From positions 1,501 through 65,500 of the IMG/VR virus record IMGVR_UViG_3300013102_000008: a stretch of DNA of 64,000 nucleotides; one strand, given 5' to 3'. The translations under genes were made by a program, and so were the position numbers. This DNA comes from a virus (lineage: Duplodnaviria; Caudoviricetes). The notes under the pieces were generated by a model. The model had not been told where the DNA came from, searched no databases, and saw only the letters and a list, made by a program, of their open reading frames with translations. Shown here in pieces: positions 19,185 to 28,241 of this stretch. Each line of letters begins with the position of its first letter. Positions within the stretch are counted from its first letter, which is position 1.

Positions 19185-20066
19185 CTAATATGGAAGTTCC
19201 TCGTCGCTCCCGTCAAACGCCGATTCCGCCAGTCGTTTATTCTGCGTAAATTCATAACGTACGCTTTCCGTATACTCATCTTCCGTATATGACTTGCGGA
19301 ACATTACGTCAGGGTTCATTTTTATTACAATAACTCCGTATGATTCCGATCTCATAATAAATCCGTTTAGGCTTAGCTCGCGCATACTCCGACTGATTGT
19401 AGATCGTTCCTCGCCGAGTATCCGCGCTAAGTCCGATTGAACCATGTGATTCAACGCGTCAAAATCGTCGCCGTCCGGATTGTGACAAAGATAAAGGCGC
19501 TCATAGTGTATATACGGAATCATGCAGTACAGCAAACCCGCAGCTTGTACCGATAAGTTTTTAACGTCCGATCTCGTTTTAGTTTGGTATACCTTCGTAT
19601 ATCGACCGCCACTAAGCGATTTACCTATCGAATGATATTCCGCGCCAATCTCATATACTTTGCGCCTACCTTCGCGACTCTCCGTAAGTACTCCGCATGA
19701 TGTTAACGTGCTAATTAACGTAGCCGTCCATCGCGTAGCCTTTCCGATTGCTTTCGATATCTCAGCGGAACCCATACGTTTACCTTCGTAATATAACTTT
19801 CCGGATTTATCTAGTCGCATATACGGCAATAGCTTCATAACTGCGCCGAGTTCATTAAGCGCTAATAGTGCGGATAATTTACGTACTGGTTCGTGGTACG
19901 ACGCTACATAATGCCGAGGGTCCTTGTTAATAGCATCCTGGCGCTGTGCATACTCGCGCTTACGTGCGATGTTCTCTTCGGATTCGGTACGGTATCCATC
20001 GACGGGAACCGCCTGCATCCAGCGATCAACGTCGGTATCGAAATACGTATATATATCAGTTGTCAT
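19185..20066 (-). CDS. RepL-like / tandem winged-HTH replication or regulatory protein
   Basis: ATG 20066 with GGAGGTG; two HTH-like units (SAEISKAIGK..., QSDLARILGEERSTISRSMREL) and KMNPDVMFR. Confidence 0.55.
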   Translation of the reverse strand: MTTDIYTYFDTDVDRWMQAVPVDGYRTESEENIARKREYAQRQDAINKDPRHYVASYHEPVRKLSALLALNELGAVMKLLPYMRLDKSGKLYYEGKRMGSAEISKAIGKATRWTATLISTLTSCGVLTESREGRRKVYEIGAEYHSIGKSLSGGRYTKVYQTKTRSDVKNLSVQAAGLLYCMIPYIHYERLYLCHNPDGDDFDALNHMVQSDLARILGEERSTISRSMRELSLNGFIMRSESYGVIVIKMNPDVMFRKSYTEDEYTESVRYEFTQNKRLAESAFDGSDEELPY

Positions 20067-20296
20067 TCGCTCACCTCCGGATTTAATGCGTGTATGAACG
20101 CTCTCGCAATAAGCGGAGCCTCTACGACTTCCCGGTAGTTTGCGAACCACTCTTTTACTTCAGGTATAATACAGATAGCGAAGTCGAAACGCTCGTCTTC
20201 GGTTAGTAAACGTAAATCATCGAAGTTGTACCCGAGTTGTTCCGTTATCATCTTTACGGAATAATTCGTATCGCGTCCGAAACTGTATGTCTTCAT
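20063..20296 (-). CDS. Hypothetical protein
   Basis: 77 aa, translationally coupled at both ends. Confidence 0.55.
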   Translation of the reverse strand: MKTYSFGRDTNYSVKMITEQLGYNFDDLRLLTEDERFDFAICIIPEVKEWFANYREVVEAPLIARAFIHALNPEVSE

Positions 20297-20469
20297 TCAC
20301 TCACCGCCAATTGCGTAGCTTCTAACTCACGGAGCGCCTGCGTAGCTTTCTTCGCTTCTCTTTGTAGCGCTTTGAGTCCGGTAATAGTCCCCGTAATGTC
20401 TACGTACAATTCTCCGAATGTTGCTGGCGTCGTCATACTTACGCTTAGTACACGTTTAGATTCCGTCAT
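20293..20469 (-). CDS. Hypothetical protein, 58 aa (not in ORF track)
   Basis: AGGGG RBS; MTESKRVLSV...GLKALQREAKKATQALRELE; stop overlaps next ATG. Confidence 0.55.
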   Translation of the reverse strand: MTESKRVLSVSMTTPATFGELYVDITGTITGLKALQREAKKATQALRELEATQLAVSE

Positions 20470-20501
20470 TTATAGCGTCCCCTTTCGAATGTAAAATAAC
20501 G

Positions 20502-20606
20502 CTGTGGAGCGCAGGACTTACACCTACGCACGCCGGCAAAATGTCCGGCTGTCTTCGTTCCCGGCTGCTCCCGTCAGGCATCGCGTCTATTTTCCGCCAC
20601 CCACAA
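20502..20606 (-). ncRNA. tRNA-like structured RNA (not a canonical tRNA)
   Basis: Acceptor-like TGTGGG/TCCACA, D-arm-like GTGGCGGAAAATAGACGC, T-arm-like GTAGG-TGTAAGT-CCTGC, enlarged central domain. Confidence 0.5.
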
Positions 20607-20675
20607 TGTAAAAATAACGTAGGATTGTCCGGAGTTTACCCGGAACATGCGTGATCCTTACGTTTAAAGACGACA

Positions 20676-20709
20676 CAAAAACGCCACCTCCCAATAAGAG
20701 GCAGCGCTT
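20676..20709 (-). terminator. Intrinsic terminator
   Basis: GCGCTGCCTCT-TATT-GGGAGGTGGCGT followed by TTTT. Confidence 0.65.
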
Positions 20710-20759
20710 GATTTCTCTTAACACCTATCCAGATACACTTAGTCCACTTATGCAAGTGT

Positions 20760-21413
20760 TTAGGTGATTAAGCTACTTAAATACTCGCTAATTCTATCAT
20801 TTAACTCCGATACCTCCTCGTCAACTTCCGATAGTCTATGTGTTAATCTACGAAATTCATGCTCTTCTTGCGCAAGTTTCTCGCTGTGAACATCCGGCAT
20901 GTAGAAGTCTACGTAATCATAGTAGGTTGTTGATATATCGTTCGTAATATTCGCGAACATCTTCGGTACTGGCGGATGTAATAATCCCTCAACTTGGCGT
21001 AGATCCTCCGCAATTCCCTCACGCTCCTTCTCTAGCGCCTCCAATTCGTATGTCAGCGTGTCAATTTCATCGGCAATTAACGGATTACTTACTCCGTTTC
21101 CGTAAATCTTCGCCTTATTGTAGATTCCGCCCAATGTATTAATCGCGTACGTCTCGTAAATCTCACGTTCTAGCGGATTATCTATCGCGTATATTGTTAC
21201 CGTGGCTATTTCCGAAGCAAACGGAGAGGACGCGAAGTGCGTCCGTAACCTAGTCGCCAGTATCTTCGATTTCCCTACGTAGATACACGCGCCTTCTTCG
21301 TTATGGAATACGTAAACTCCTCCGGGATGTAACTCGAAGTCATCCTCGTATTTATGGAAATCGCGCCTATTAAACGTTAGAAATACGTCCGGTAACGTTA
21401 TACTAATTGGCAT
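20760..21413 (-). CDS. GIY-YIG nuclease domain protein with C-terminal coiled coil
   Basis: PGGVYVFHN...IYVGKS..LATRLRTH...EREIYETYAIN...YNK. Confidence 0.85.
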   Translation of the reverse strand: MPISITLPDVFLTFNRRDFHKYEDDFELHPGGVYVFHNEEGACIYVGKSKILATRLRTHFASSPFASEIATVTIYAIDNPLEREIYETYAINTLGGIYNKAKIYGNGVSNPLIADEIDTLTYELEALEKEREGIAEDLRQVEGLLHPPVPKMFANITNDISTTYYDYVDFYMPDVHSEKLAQEEHEFRRLTHRLSEVDEEVSELNDRISEYLSSLIT

Positions 21414-22051
21414 CCGTACGCCTCTCTTTCTTCCGGCGTCATCATACGCGTGTGTACCGGTTGCTCCCCTGTAAACGCCTCGTACGTAGCTTTACGCTCC
21501 TTATTACGCGTCTTAATTCCGGTGTCCATAAATATATTCTCGTTCTTACTACGTTCACGGCGGAGTGGTACGTTGTATGAGCGTCCATCCGTTCCGTAGT
21601 TTTGTGCAGCGCTTAGCTTTGCCTCTCCGGAATCCCCTTCGTATTTACGTTGATGATTTCCGTCAGTTCTACGCGCCATTTGTAACTCGCTTAGAAACGG
21701 ATATTCCGTATGACGCGATTTCCAACCGGTAGGATCCGTTAACTCCTCGTCCAATACTGCGTTACTCAATCGATCCAGCAGCGCAGTATTCAGCGTCAGC
21801 GACACCGGACGCTCACCGTTACCACCGCGTTCCTCCCATGCGTCAATAGTGCGTTGATTAACGTCAGCATGTGCCTTTACGTACTCGTCCGCTATTAGCT
21901 GGATCAGCGTCATACGTTCGGTGCGGTCGCCTACGTCATATTCCGCGCCATCGTAAGCGAATCGGATACTAGCGTCATTCTTGCGTCGTCTAATCGTAAT
22001 CTCTAAGTCCGCGACCAATACCGCGAATAGTTCCGTATATGTCATCGTCAT
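21398..22051 (-). CDS. Hypothetical phage protein
   Basis: 217 aa, GGAGGTG RBS, coupled to neighbours. Confidence 0.7.
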   Translation of the reverse strand: MTMTYTELFAVLVADLEITIRRRKNDASIRFAYDGAEYDVGDRTERMTLIQLIADEYVKAHADVNQRTIDAWEERGGNGERPVSLTLNTALLDRLSNAVLDEELTDPTGWKSRHTEYPFLSELQMARRTDGNHQRKYEGDSGEAKLSAAQNYGTDGRSYNVPLRRERSKNENIFMDTGIKTRNKERKATYEAFTGEQPVHTRMMTPEEREAYGCQLV

Positions 22052-23286
22052 TAGGCGAGCACCTCCGTTTTAGTTTCGTAATAGTCCGATACAATCCGGT
22101 CCTGCCAATCGAAGTCTAACGAAGACTCATACGTTCCGCCAGCTACCGTTATATCCTCACCGCGTCCAAGCGTAAGCACGTTCCAATACGCATACATTCC
22201 GGCCTTAGCGCGCCATTCTTCGTACGGTGGTACTTTAACGTTGAGCGCGTTGTACGTTCCGTTAAATGGCGCTACTGGATCGGTATTCTCACGCATCAAC
22301 GTATCCGCGAATGCTTCGGCTAACTCGTCCAATTGCGTTAATCCGTCGCCCCATTTATCCGTAGACTTTCCGTCCTTATCGTAACCAATATCGGTAATCT
22401 GCGCCTGCAATACCGGCATTTGCCCTTCGTACCAAAACGTGTCAGCTTCGGATTCTTCCGATTGTCTAACGATATCTAGCGGAAATCGTCCGTCACCTTT
22501 CTTCGAGTATTTTACGAATACTTTCGCAGCGTTCGGCGTAATCTTGCGTAATATATGAATATCCGTTTTAATCGTCGTACCGGTCAACGCGAACGTTTCG
22601 CCAGGTAACTCGATACTTGCGATATGCCAGCATGTTTCGCGGATTAAGTCGCGTATCTTCTCGGAGTTACCGGAGTAACCAATCCCTTTCGGAAGTACAA
22701 ACGCAATGTATCCGCCGGGTTTCGCCGCCTTAATCGCGAGTTCAATAAACGCGTTCTCCGATTTACCTTTAGCGCGACCCTTCGCCGGTTTCAACGTTAC
22801 ATAATCGTCCGGTAAATCCGCGACCGCTACGTCCATACTCACGCCATACGGAGGATTACCAATAACATAATCGTAGTAATCGCGTCGATCATGCGTCATT
22901 GCATCGCCTTCAATTACGGTAGCTTTCGGATACAATAGCGTTGTCACCTTTGCGCTAGTCTCATCGAGTTCAAGCGCAGTTACTTCGGCATCTAGCGGAA
23001 TGTGTTCGAGGAATACTCCGGAGCCAACGGACGGCTCAAGCCACCGCGAGCCTGGCGCGAATGAACCTCCGGATAATCCGCGTAATGCTTCCGTAATAAA
23101 ACGTGCTACGTGTGTCGGCGTATAGAACGATCCGCCTGCATATGCGTTCGGAAGAAGTCCACCGGTTGACGTGTAGTTTTCGCGTAAGAATACGAGATCA
23201 TCTTCCGTTATATCTGCGTATGGCTTCGCGATAATGGACATACTGCGGACGTTTCCGTCCCAACGTTTGCGATCGGCTTTACCCAA
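22051..23286 (-). CDS. N6-adenine DNA methyltransferase (gamma-type motif order)
   Basis: FYTP, LEPSVGSGVFL (motif I), VIGNPPYG (motif IV), GGYIAFVLP. Confidence 0.88.
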   Translation of the reverse strand: MGKADRKRWDGNVRSMSIIAKPYADITEDDLVFLRENYTSTGGLLPNAYAGGSFYTPTHVARFITEALRGLSGGSFAPGSRWLEPSVGSGVFLEHIPLDAEVTALELDETSAKVTTLLYPKATVIEGDAMTHDRRDYYDYVIGNPPYGVSMDVAVADLPDDYVTLKPAKGRAKGKSENAFIELAIKAAKPGGYIAFVLPKGIGYSGNSEKIRDLIRETCWHIASIELPGETFALTGTTIKTDIHILRKITPNAAKVFVKYSKKGDGRFPLDIVRQSEESEADTFWYEGQMPVLQAQITDIGYDKDGKSTDKWGDGLTQLDELAEAFADTLMRENTDPVAPFNGTYNALNVKVPPYEEWRAKAGMYAYWNVLTLGRGEDITVAGGTYESSLDFDWQDRIVSDYYETKTEVLA

Positions 23287-23695
23287 CGGAAATCACCTCC
23301 GCATCGTCTTCTACGTCATCTTCCGCCAACTCCGCCGTTATCTCTCCGTAATCCCATGCGAGATAAACCTTCGCAATCTTCTCCGTAGCGCCTTCAATAA
23401 ACTGTTCGACCGCTTGACGCGATACTCCCATCAACTTAGCGGTATCTGCCGGAGCCAAGTCCGCGCCATATATCCATGCGATAGCCTCCGTTTGGCGATC
23501 CGTGAGACATGCGGTATTCATAGCGCTGTGTAAATCGATGATAATATCGGACGCGTTGTAATCTCCGGTAAACCTCCGTGACGCCAATTTGTGGCGGTCG
23601 CGTAATAGCGCCTTAACTCCGGTACTATCGTTGAGCGTGTATTTAACGCTGTATTGGCGTTCCTTCTTCGCGATATCAATTTTAACTGCGCCCAT
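23279..23695 (-). CDS. Sigma-70 region-4-like HTH transcription regulator
   Basis: LTDRQTEAI.....L...DTAKLMGVSRQAVEQ. Confidence 0.7.
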   Translation of the reverse strand: MGAVKIDIAKKERQYSVKYTLNDSTGVKALLRDRHKLASRRFTGDYNASDIIIDLHSAMNTACLTDRQTEAIAWIYGADLAPADTAKLMGVSRQAVEQFIEGATEKIAKVYLAWDYGEITAELAEDDVEDDAEVISVG

Positions 23696-24627
23696 TAGCG
23701 TTGCACCTCCGTTTTAGTTTCGTCAGTTACGAAACAGCCGCAACCGCCGATATCACCGTAATCTATATCACTCTCGCCAGGACCTTCGATTGACTCGCGG
23801 AGTTGTTTAAGTGACAGTCTATACGTAGTTTTATCGCGTACCTTTTTCAGAATAGTGACGTCTTTACCAAGATAATCGCGCATCTCTCGCTCTTTGCCTT
23901 CGTGATACGCGAATTGTTCCGGAAATTGCGTGAGTAAGTTAGCAAAATGACCTTGGCCAGCACGGACACAGAACCCTCCGCAGTTGTTATGTGCGAATCC
24001 CATCGCGTATAAGCGAGGTCTTGCGATGTTCAACTCGTCGAGCATCCGGAGCATGTCATGTTTATCAACGTAGGGCTCGTCACACATTGGGAACTCTACG
24101 ATATAAGGCGCCCAATTTACTACTGGCGCTACTCTCCGGTGATCCTCCGACCAATCAATACCGAGATATAACTTACAGTCTTCGTTTCTATAATTTTCGC
24201 GTATCCATTTGGATGCCGTCTCTTGTTTAAGTACATGTGAGCATTTAGCTAATCGTGAGTTTCCGAGATATCGCGTATCATGGAACACTTCCCACGGCGT
24301 ACGCCCTTCGATTATCCATACGAGTCCTGGTATTAACCTCATAGCCTCCATAGCTATCTCCGCAATCAGTAACTTACGTGTTACAACGTCATCCTCCGAC
24401 TCAATATCGGGTATGGCTTCGCATCTTTCCATTAGTGCAGTAAGTGGTTCTACTCCGTAAGCTTCCGCAGTAGTTTCAATAAGAAAGCGATATAAGTCAC
24501 CATCCTCAATCAGCGTATCTGTGAATAGGTTGATGACGGTATCTGTCGGACTGGCCACCGCTAATATACGTTTCAATGTTGCCCATGAACCTATTCCACC
24601 GGAGTTAAAGTTGATATGCGTTGTCAA
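23695..24627 (-). CDS. PAPS-reductase-like / adenine-nucleotide alpha-hydrolase fold Fe-S protein
   Basis: PP-loop-like NSGGIGS, FTDTLIED, CSHVLK, FAHNNCGGFCVRAG, C-terminal GGCGC. Confidence 0.7.
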   Translation of the reverse strand: MTTHINFNSGGIGSWATLKRILAVASPTDTVINLFTDTLIEDGDLYRFLIETTAEAYGVEPLTALMERCEAIPDIESEDDVVTRKLLIAEIAMEAMRLIPGLVWIIEGRTPWEVFHDTRYLGNSRLAKCSHVLKQETASKWIRENYRNEDCKLYLGIDWSEDHRRVAPVVNWAPYIVEFPMCDEPYVDKHDMLRMLDELNIARPRLYAMGFAHNNCGGFCVRAGQGHFANLLTQFPEQFAYHEGKEREMRDYLGKDVTILKKVRDKTTYRLSLKQLRESIEGPGESDIDYGDIGGCGCFVTDETKTEVQR

Positions 24628-24649
24628 TTAATCGCCTCCACCTTCGTAT

Positions 24650-24678
24650 TTGTTATTTCGTTACATTTGCGTTATACT
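24650..24678 (+). promoter_or_regulatory. SigA-type promoter for the + strand gene
   Basis: TTGTTA-17 bp-TATACT. Confidence 0.5.
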
Positions 24679-24713
24679 TGCGTCATCAATTAATCGAACG
24701 GAGGACTCCGCAT

Positions 24714-25118
24714 ATGACCCGTAAATCTGATGAATCAACGATTGAACTAGCACCATCAACAACGTCAGCATCCGTATCTAAACGCTTTAACATCGTAGGT
24801 GTACCGATGCTCAACCTATTTCTCGCTACGGACGTACACAGCCGTATTCGTTTCTCATCCGACTTAATCGCGTTATACAAGCTACGCAAGGAAGAGAACG
24901 GAGTATCTCCGCGCGTATCATTCGGATATGACCGAGGTAAACGATTGATTGCGGTTAGACTAGCGGCATCCTTCGGTGATCCTACGGCAGCTAACGTAGA
25001 CAAGCGCGGTTACGCCTCCGCTGCGAAGTTCTTCAATAAAACGAAGTTACCGCGTGAACCGCGTCGCTACGAGTTTGCTGCGGAACAGGACGGATGGCTT
25101 ATATTTGTTGCGGAATAA
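24714..25118 (+). CDS. Hypothetical protein, counter-oriented (moron-like)
   Basis: GGAGG at 24700 then ATG 24714; own promoter; downstream hairpin 25147-25170. Confidence 0.7.
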   Translation: MTRKSDESTIELAPSTTSASVSKRFNIVGVPMLNLFLATDVHSRIRFSSDLIALYKLRKEENGVSPRVSFGYDRGKRLIAVRLAASFGDPTAANVDKRGYASAAKFFNKTKLPREPRRYEFAAEQDGWLIFVAE

Positions 25119-25171
25119 CTCCGTGGAATACGCGATGGTTACACGTTCCGTAATTGCCTATGTTACGGAAC

Positions 25172-25366
25172 CTATTTCGTATATTCCTCTTCGCGCATTT
25201 CCGCATGTGCTGCGTCCATACTCCGCTGTAATGGCGTACGCGCATCGCATTCCTTGCCGAGCGTCGCCTCCGTATATCCGTTGTGATAGCCGATTTCGTA
25301 GCCTTTGCGGTACGATTCTAGCGGAGTTGTTTCGCACATGCTCCGCGTCCATTGGTCAGCGTTCAA
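25172..25366 (-). CDS. Hypothetical protein
   Basis: 64 aa; GAAGGAG RBS, overlaps MTase stop. Confidence 0.5.
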   Translation of the reverse strand: MNADQWTRSMCETTPLESYRKGYEIGYHNGYTEATLGKECDARTPLQRSMDAAHAEMREEEYTK

Positions 25367-26079
25367 TTGGCGGTCACTCCTTCCGTTGTATTAATCGCGT
25401 CTAAGCGGATATTGGCGGCGGTTACGTATTCTGTTTCGAGTTCAAACGCGATGAAGTTACGTCCCGATTCCGTGGCAGCTACGCACGTTGACCCAGTGCC
25501 GGCGAATCCGTCCAATACAATACCGCCGATATCGCTTGAGTTCCGTATGAATGTACTTAATAATTCCGTAGGTTTCTCCGTTGGGTGCGTCAACCTTACG
25601 CTAGGTATCTTTGCGCAATCAATTACGTCAGGTACGCGCTTTTCCCGGAATAGCGAACGCCCTTTATGTCCGTATAGTATAAATTCATGTTTAGGTGCGT
25701 ACGATCCCTTTAGGTCGCCACTGCCGTGATTGTTCTTGTTCCATATGATGATATTCTTTAGCTTGAAATACCGCTCAAACTCTGCCTTAAAGAAGTCGAT
25801 ATGGTGCCAGCTACAAAACATATACATCGCGGTATCATCCTTAAGGACGCGGTGACATTCGGCTATATACTGCGATATTAACTCGGTCGAATCTACGTCA
25901 TTCGCGATATGTTTGAACTTGTCCGCAACTACGCGACGATTACTTCGATAATTCATAAGATAAGGCGGATCAGTCACGACCAGATCAACGCTCTTATCCG
26001 GAATCATCCGTATACCTTCGATACAGTCACGTTGGTAAATCCGGTTTAATTCGATACTTCCGAGTAGTTTCTTTGTCAT
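25363..26079 (-). CDS. DNA N6-A/N4-C methyltransferase (beta class), orphan
   Basis: DLVVTDPPY, HPTEKP, VLDGFAGTGST. Confidence 0.92.
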   Translation of the reverse strand: MTKKLLGSIELNRIYQRDCIEGIRMIPDKSVDLVVTDPPYLMNYRSNRRVVADKFKHIANDVDSTELISQYIAECHRVLKDDTAMYMFCSWHHIDFFKAEFERYFKLKNIIIWNKNNHGSGDLKGSYAPKHEFILYGHKGRSLFREKRVPDVIDCAKIPSVRLTHPTEKPTELLSTFIRNSSDIGGIVLDGFAGTGSTCVAATESGRNFIAFELETEYVTAANIRLDAINTTEGVTAN

Positions 26080-26804
26080 TCAGCGGTCACTCCTTCCGTT
26101 GTTAGTTGCGTCATAATCACGTCAATCTGCGCATATAACTCCGCGAGTGTTCCGTCGTTAACTACTTCGTAATCGACCTCGAATCCCTCAACGTGTGACT
26201 CCGTGTCATGCGTTAAGTCGCGTAGATTGAACGTATCAGACGATTTGACTGCGCGGTCGATACGGACGGATTCCGGTGCGGTTACGCGGATGATTACGTA
26301 GGATTCCGAGCGGCAACGGTCATACTCGTTCGGATGCCTTAAATCGCTGATTACGGCGCGGAATGGCGGGTGAAATACTCCCCCGGCGTATACTTTTCGC
26401 GCTACCATTTCGTAGGATTCCATGATATCTTCGAAACACTTCCGCGTCCAAATATCGGGATCACGTTCGCGCATCGTTTGCCCAAACCACTGATATAACT
26501 CGCGCGGCTTTCCGTCAGGCTCACCGAATAATTCGTGTGTATAACGTTTGAGTTCGTCGCCGAACGCGAACCGTGTGTATCCGTAGTTTTGCGTGAGATA
26601 GTCAGCGAGCGCATCTTTTCCACTCCGCATAAGTCCAGTTAAGGCGATGTTTGGCGTGGACTTGGCGGTAACCTGCGTGAGTTTCCGAATCATTGGAGCG
26701 CCCATACAACGTTTATGACCGCTGTACCATACGTCCTCGTGACGGAAACTGTACGGAGAGCTTGCGAACTTTCCGCAGTAATCGCAAGTTTCGGATGTCT
26801 TCAT
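26076..26804 (-). CDS. Deoxynucleoside monophosphate kinase-like protein
   Basis: IALTGLMRSGKD P-loop, AFGDELK, SDLRHPNE, HDTES, VNDGTL. Confidence 0.8.
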   Translation of the reverse strand: MKTSETCDYCGKFASSPYSFRHEDVWYSGHKRCMGAPMIRKLTQVTAKSTPNIALTGLMRSGKDALADYLTQNYGYTRFAFGDELKRYTHELFGEPDGKPRELYQWFGQTMRERDPDIWTRKCFEDIMESYEMVARKVYAGGVFHPPFRAVISDLRHPNEYDRCRSESYVIIRVTAPESVRIDRAVKSSDTFNLRDLTHDTESHVEGFEVDYEVVNDGTLAELYAQIDVIMTQLTTEGVTAE

Positions 26805-28222
26805 TACGCGTTCACCCCTTCCGATTCCTCATCGCTCATACGGCTGTCATCAAGTATCGCGTGTTTAAATTGACGCGTTGTACTAAGATACGTGGTATCG
26901 CCATTAGAATAATAGTCGGCACCACCGCTTATTACCGTAACGACGCGATTATCCCCCTCGTATTTAATAACGTCCCCTACGCGAACTTCTGTCGGTGCCG
27001 GCACGTTCATATACTCCGCAGGCACGTCGAGTCCTAACGCACGGTATAACGCTATAATTTTACCGAGATGTACGTTGAACACTTCGCCAGGTGCGGCTTT
27101 TGCGATTCCTTTCGATTGAACTACTCCGTTATATCTCCACCGTAATATAGCGACGACTGTACGCTTCTCTCTATTAACGATGAACTCTGCGTCCACTACG
27201 CGGCTACCGTACGAATAAACTAGCGGTTGCGGATTATCGCTAATATTCCATGGTGTCTTTACGTTTTCTAAGTCAGCCTTCGCACGCGCTACGATTTCGT
27301 CGCGGATTTGTTGATCCGTCTTTACCTGCGCCAATTTACGTTCACTCACCGCTTGCTGAATCTGCGAGGTAATATCTGCGTATACTTCCGTTTTCCTAGC
27401 GGATTCCAACGCAGTCACACGTTGCTCAAGCGCAGTCACCTTCGTAGTTAATACCGCGATATTCTCAGCGTATTGGTCAACGGGATCGAGCGTAGATAGC
27501 TTCGGTTGTGGCTTCGGTTGTGACGTAGTCTGCGTTGGGATTGCGTTGGATAGCGGAATGAGTACGCGGTATCCGATATCATCTCCGACGAACCAAACGC
27601 CATCTCCGTATACATAACCGTTACCGGAAAAATCCGCCGATACCGACTTTCCACCATTTACCACAGTCACAACGCCAATATTTCCGCGTTTATAGTACAC
27701 ATCGCAATCTTTCAGCGAGATAATGCGTTCGCCCACCGCTGCTTTCCGTTCGACCATGCGGAATCGTGTGGAGTCGATGCGGATGATATCGGAGGGTTCG
27801 AGGACAACGTATTCGCCTGCGTCTAAATGTACGGTACCTCCGCTGTACGAGTCGATGCGTATTTCTCCGAAACCGAGCGTTTCTTCCTGCGCTTCATATA
27901 CGTTACCCGCCGTATATTGATCGCAAGTATCGTCCGTAACTTTAACCTGTTCCCCTACGAGCGCCTTACGTTTAACCTCGTTGTATTCGCGTAAGAGACC
28001 ACTAGCCACACCACCGAGTGATTCGTCCGGTAATAGCGTGATGGCTTCGTTGGATTCCGTTTCTAGCGTGAACCACTCGTGATAATTCTCCTTCGTAAAA
28101 GAGTGTATGTGTCCGTCATTGTCTCTAACTTCGTAGGCTCTGTAATCCTCCGAAAGAACCTCGTATCGAGTGCCCTTTGTAACGTACTTACCGCTCGTGT
28201 GACAACGTAAATACTTCGTCAT
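26804..28222 (-). CDS. Hypothetical protein with repeated 'KRKAxVGExI' beta modules
   Basis: YNEVKRKALVGEQVKV, MVERKAAVGERII; C-terminal GIAKAAPGEVFN..LGKIIALYRA. Confidence 0.7.
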   Translation of the reverse strand: MTKYLRCHTSGKYVTKGTRYEVLSEDYRAYEVRDNDGHIHSFTKENYHEWFTLETESNEAITLLPDESLGGVASGLLREYNEVKRKALVGEQVKVTDDTCDQYTAGNVYEAQEETLGFGEIRIDSYSGGTVHLDAGEYVVLEPSDIIRIDSTRFRMVERKAAVGERIISLKDCDVYYKRGNIGVVTVVNGGKSVSADFSGNGYVYGDGVWFVGDDIGYRVLIPLSNAIPTQTTSQPKPQPKLSTLDPVDQYAENIAVLTTKVTALEQRVTALESARKTEVYADITSQIQQAVSERKLAQVKTDQQIRDEIVARAKADLENVKTPWNISDNPQPLVYSYGSRVVDAEFIVNREKRTVVAILRWRYNGVVQSKGIAKAAPGEVFNVHLGKIIALYRALGLDVPAEYMNVPAPTEVRVGDVIKYEGDNRVVTVISGGADYYSNGDTTYLSTTRQFKHAILDDSRMSDEESEGVNA

Positions 28223-28241
28223 ATAATCCGCTCCCTAACGT

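Noticed and set aside
20502-20606. Canonical tRNA gene
   Set aside because: No 7-nt anticodon loop, T-loop lacks TTC and no CCA; kept only as tRNA-like RNA.
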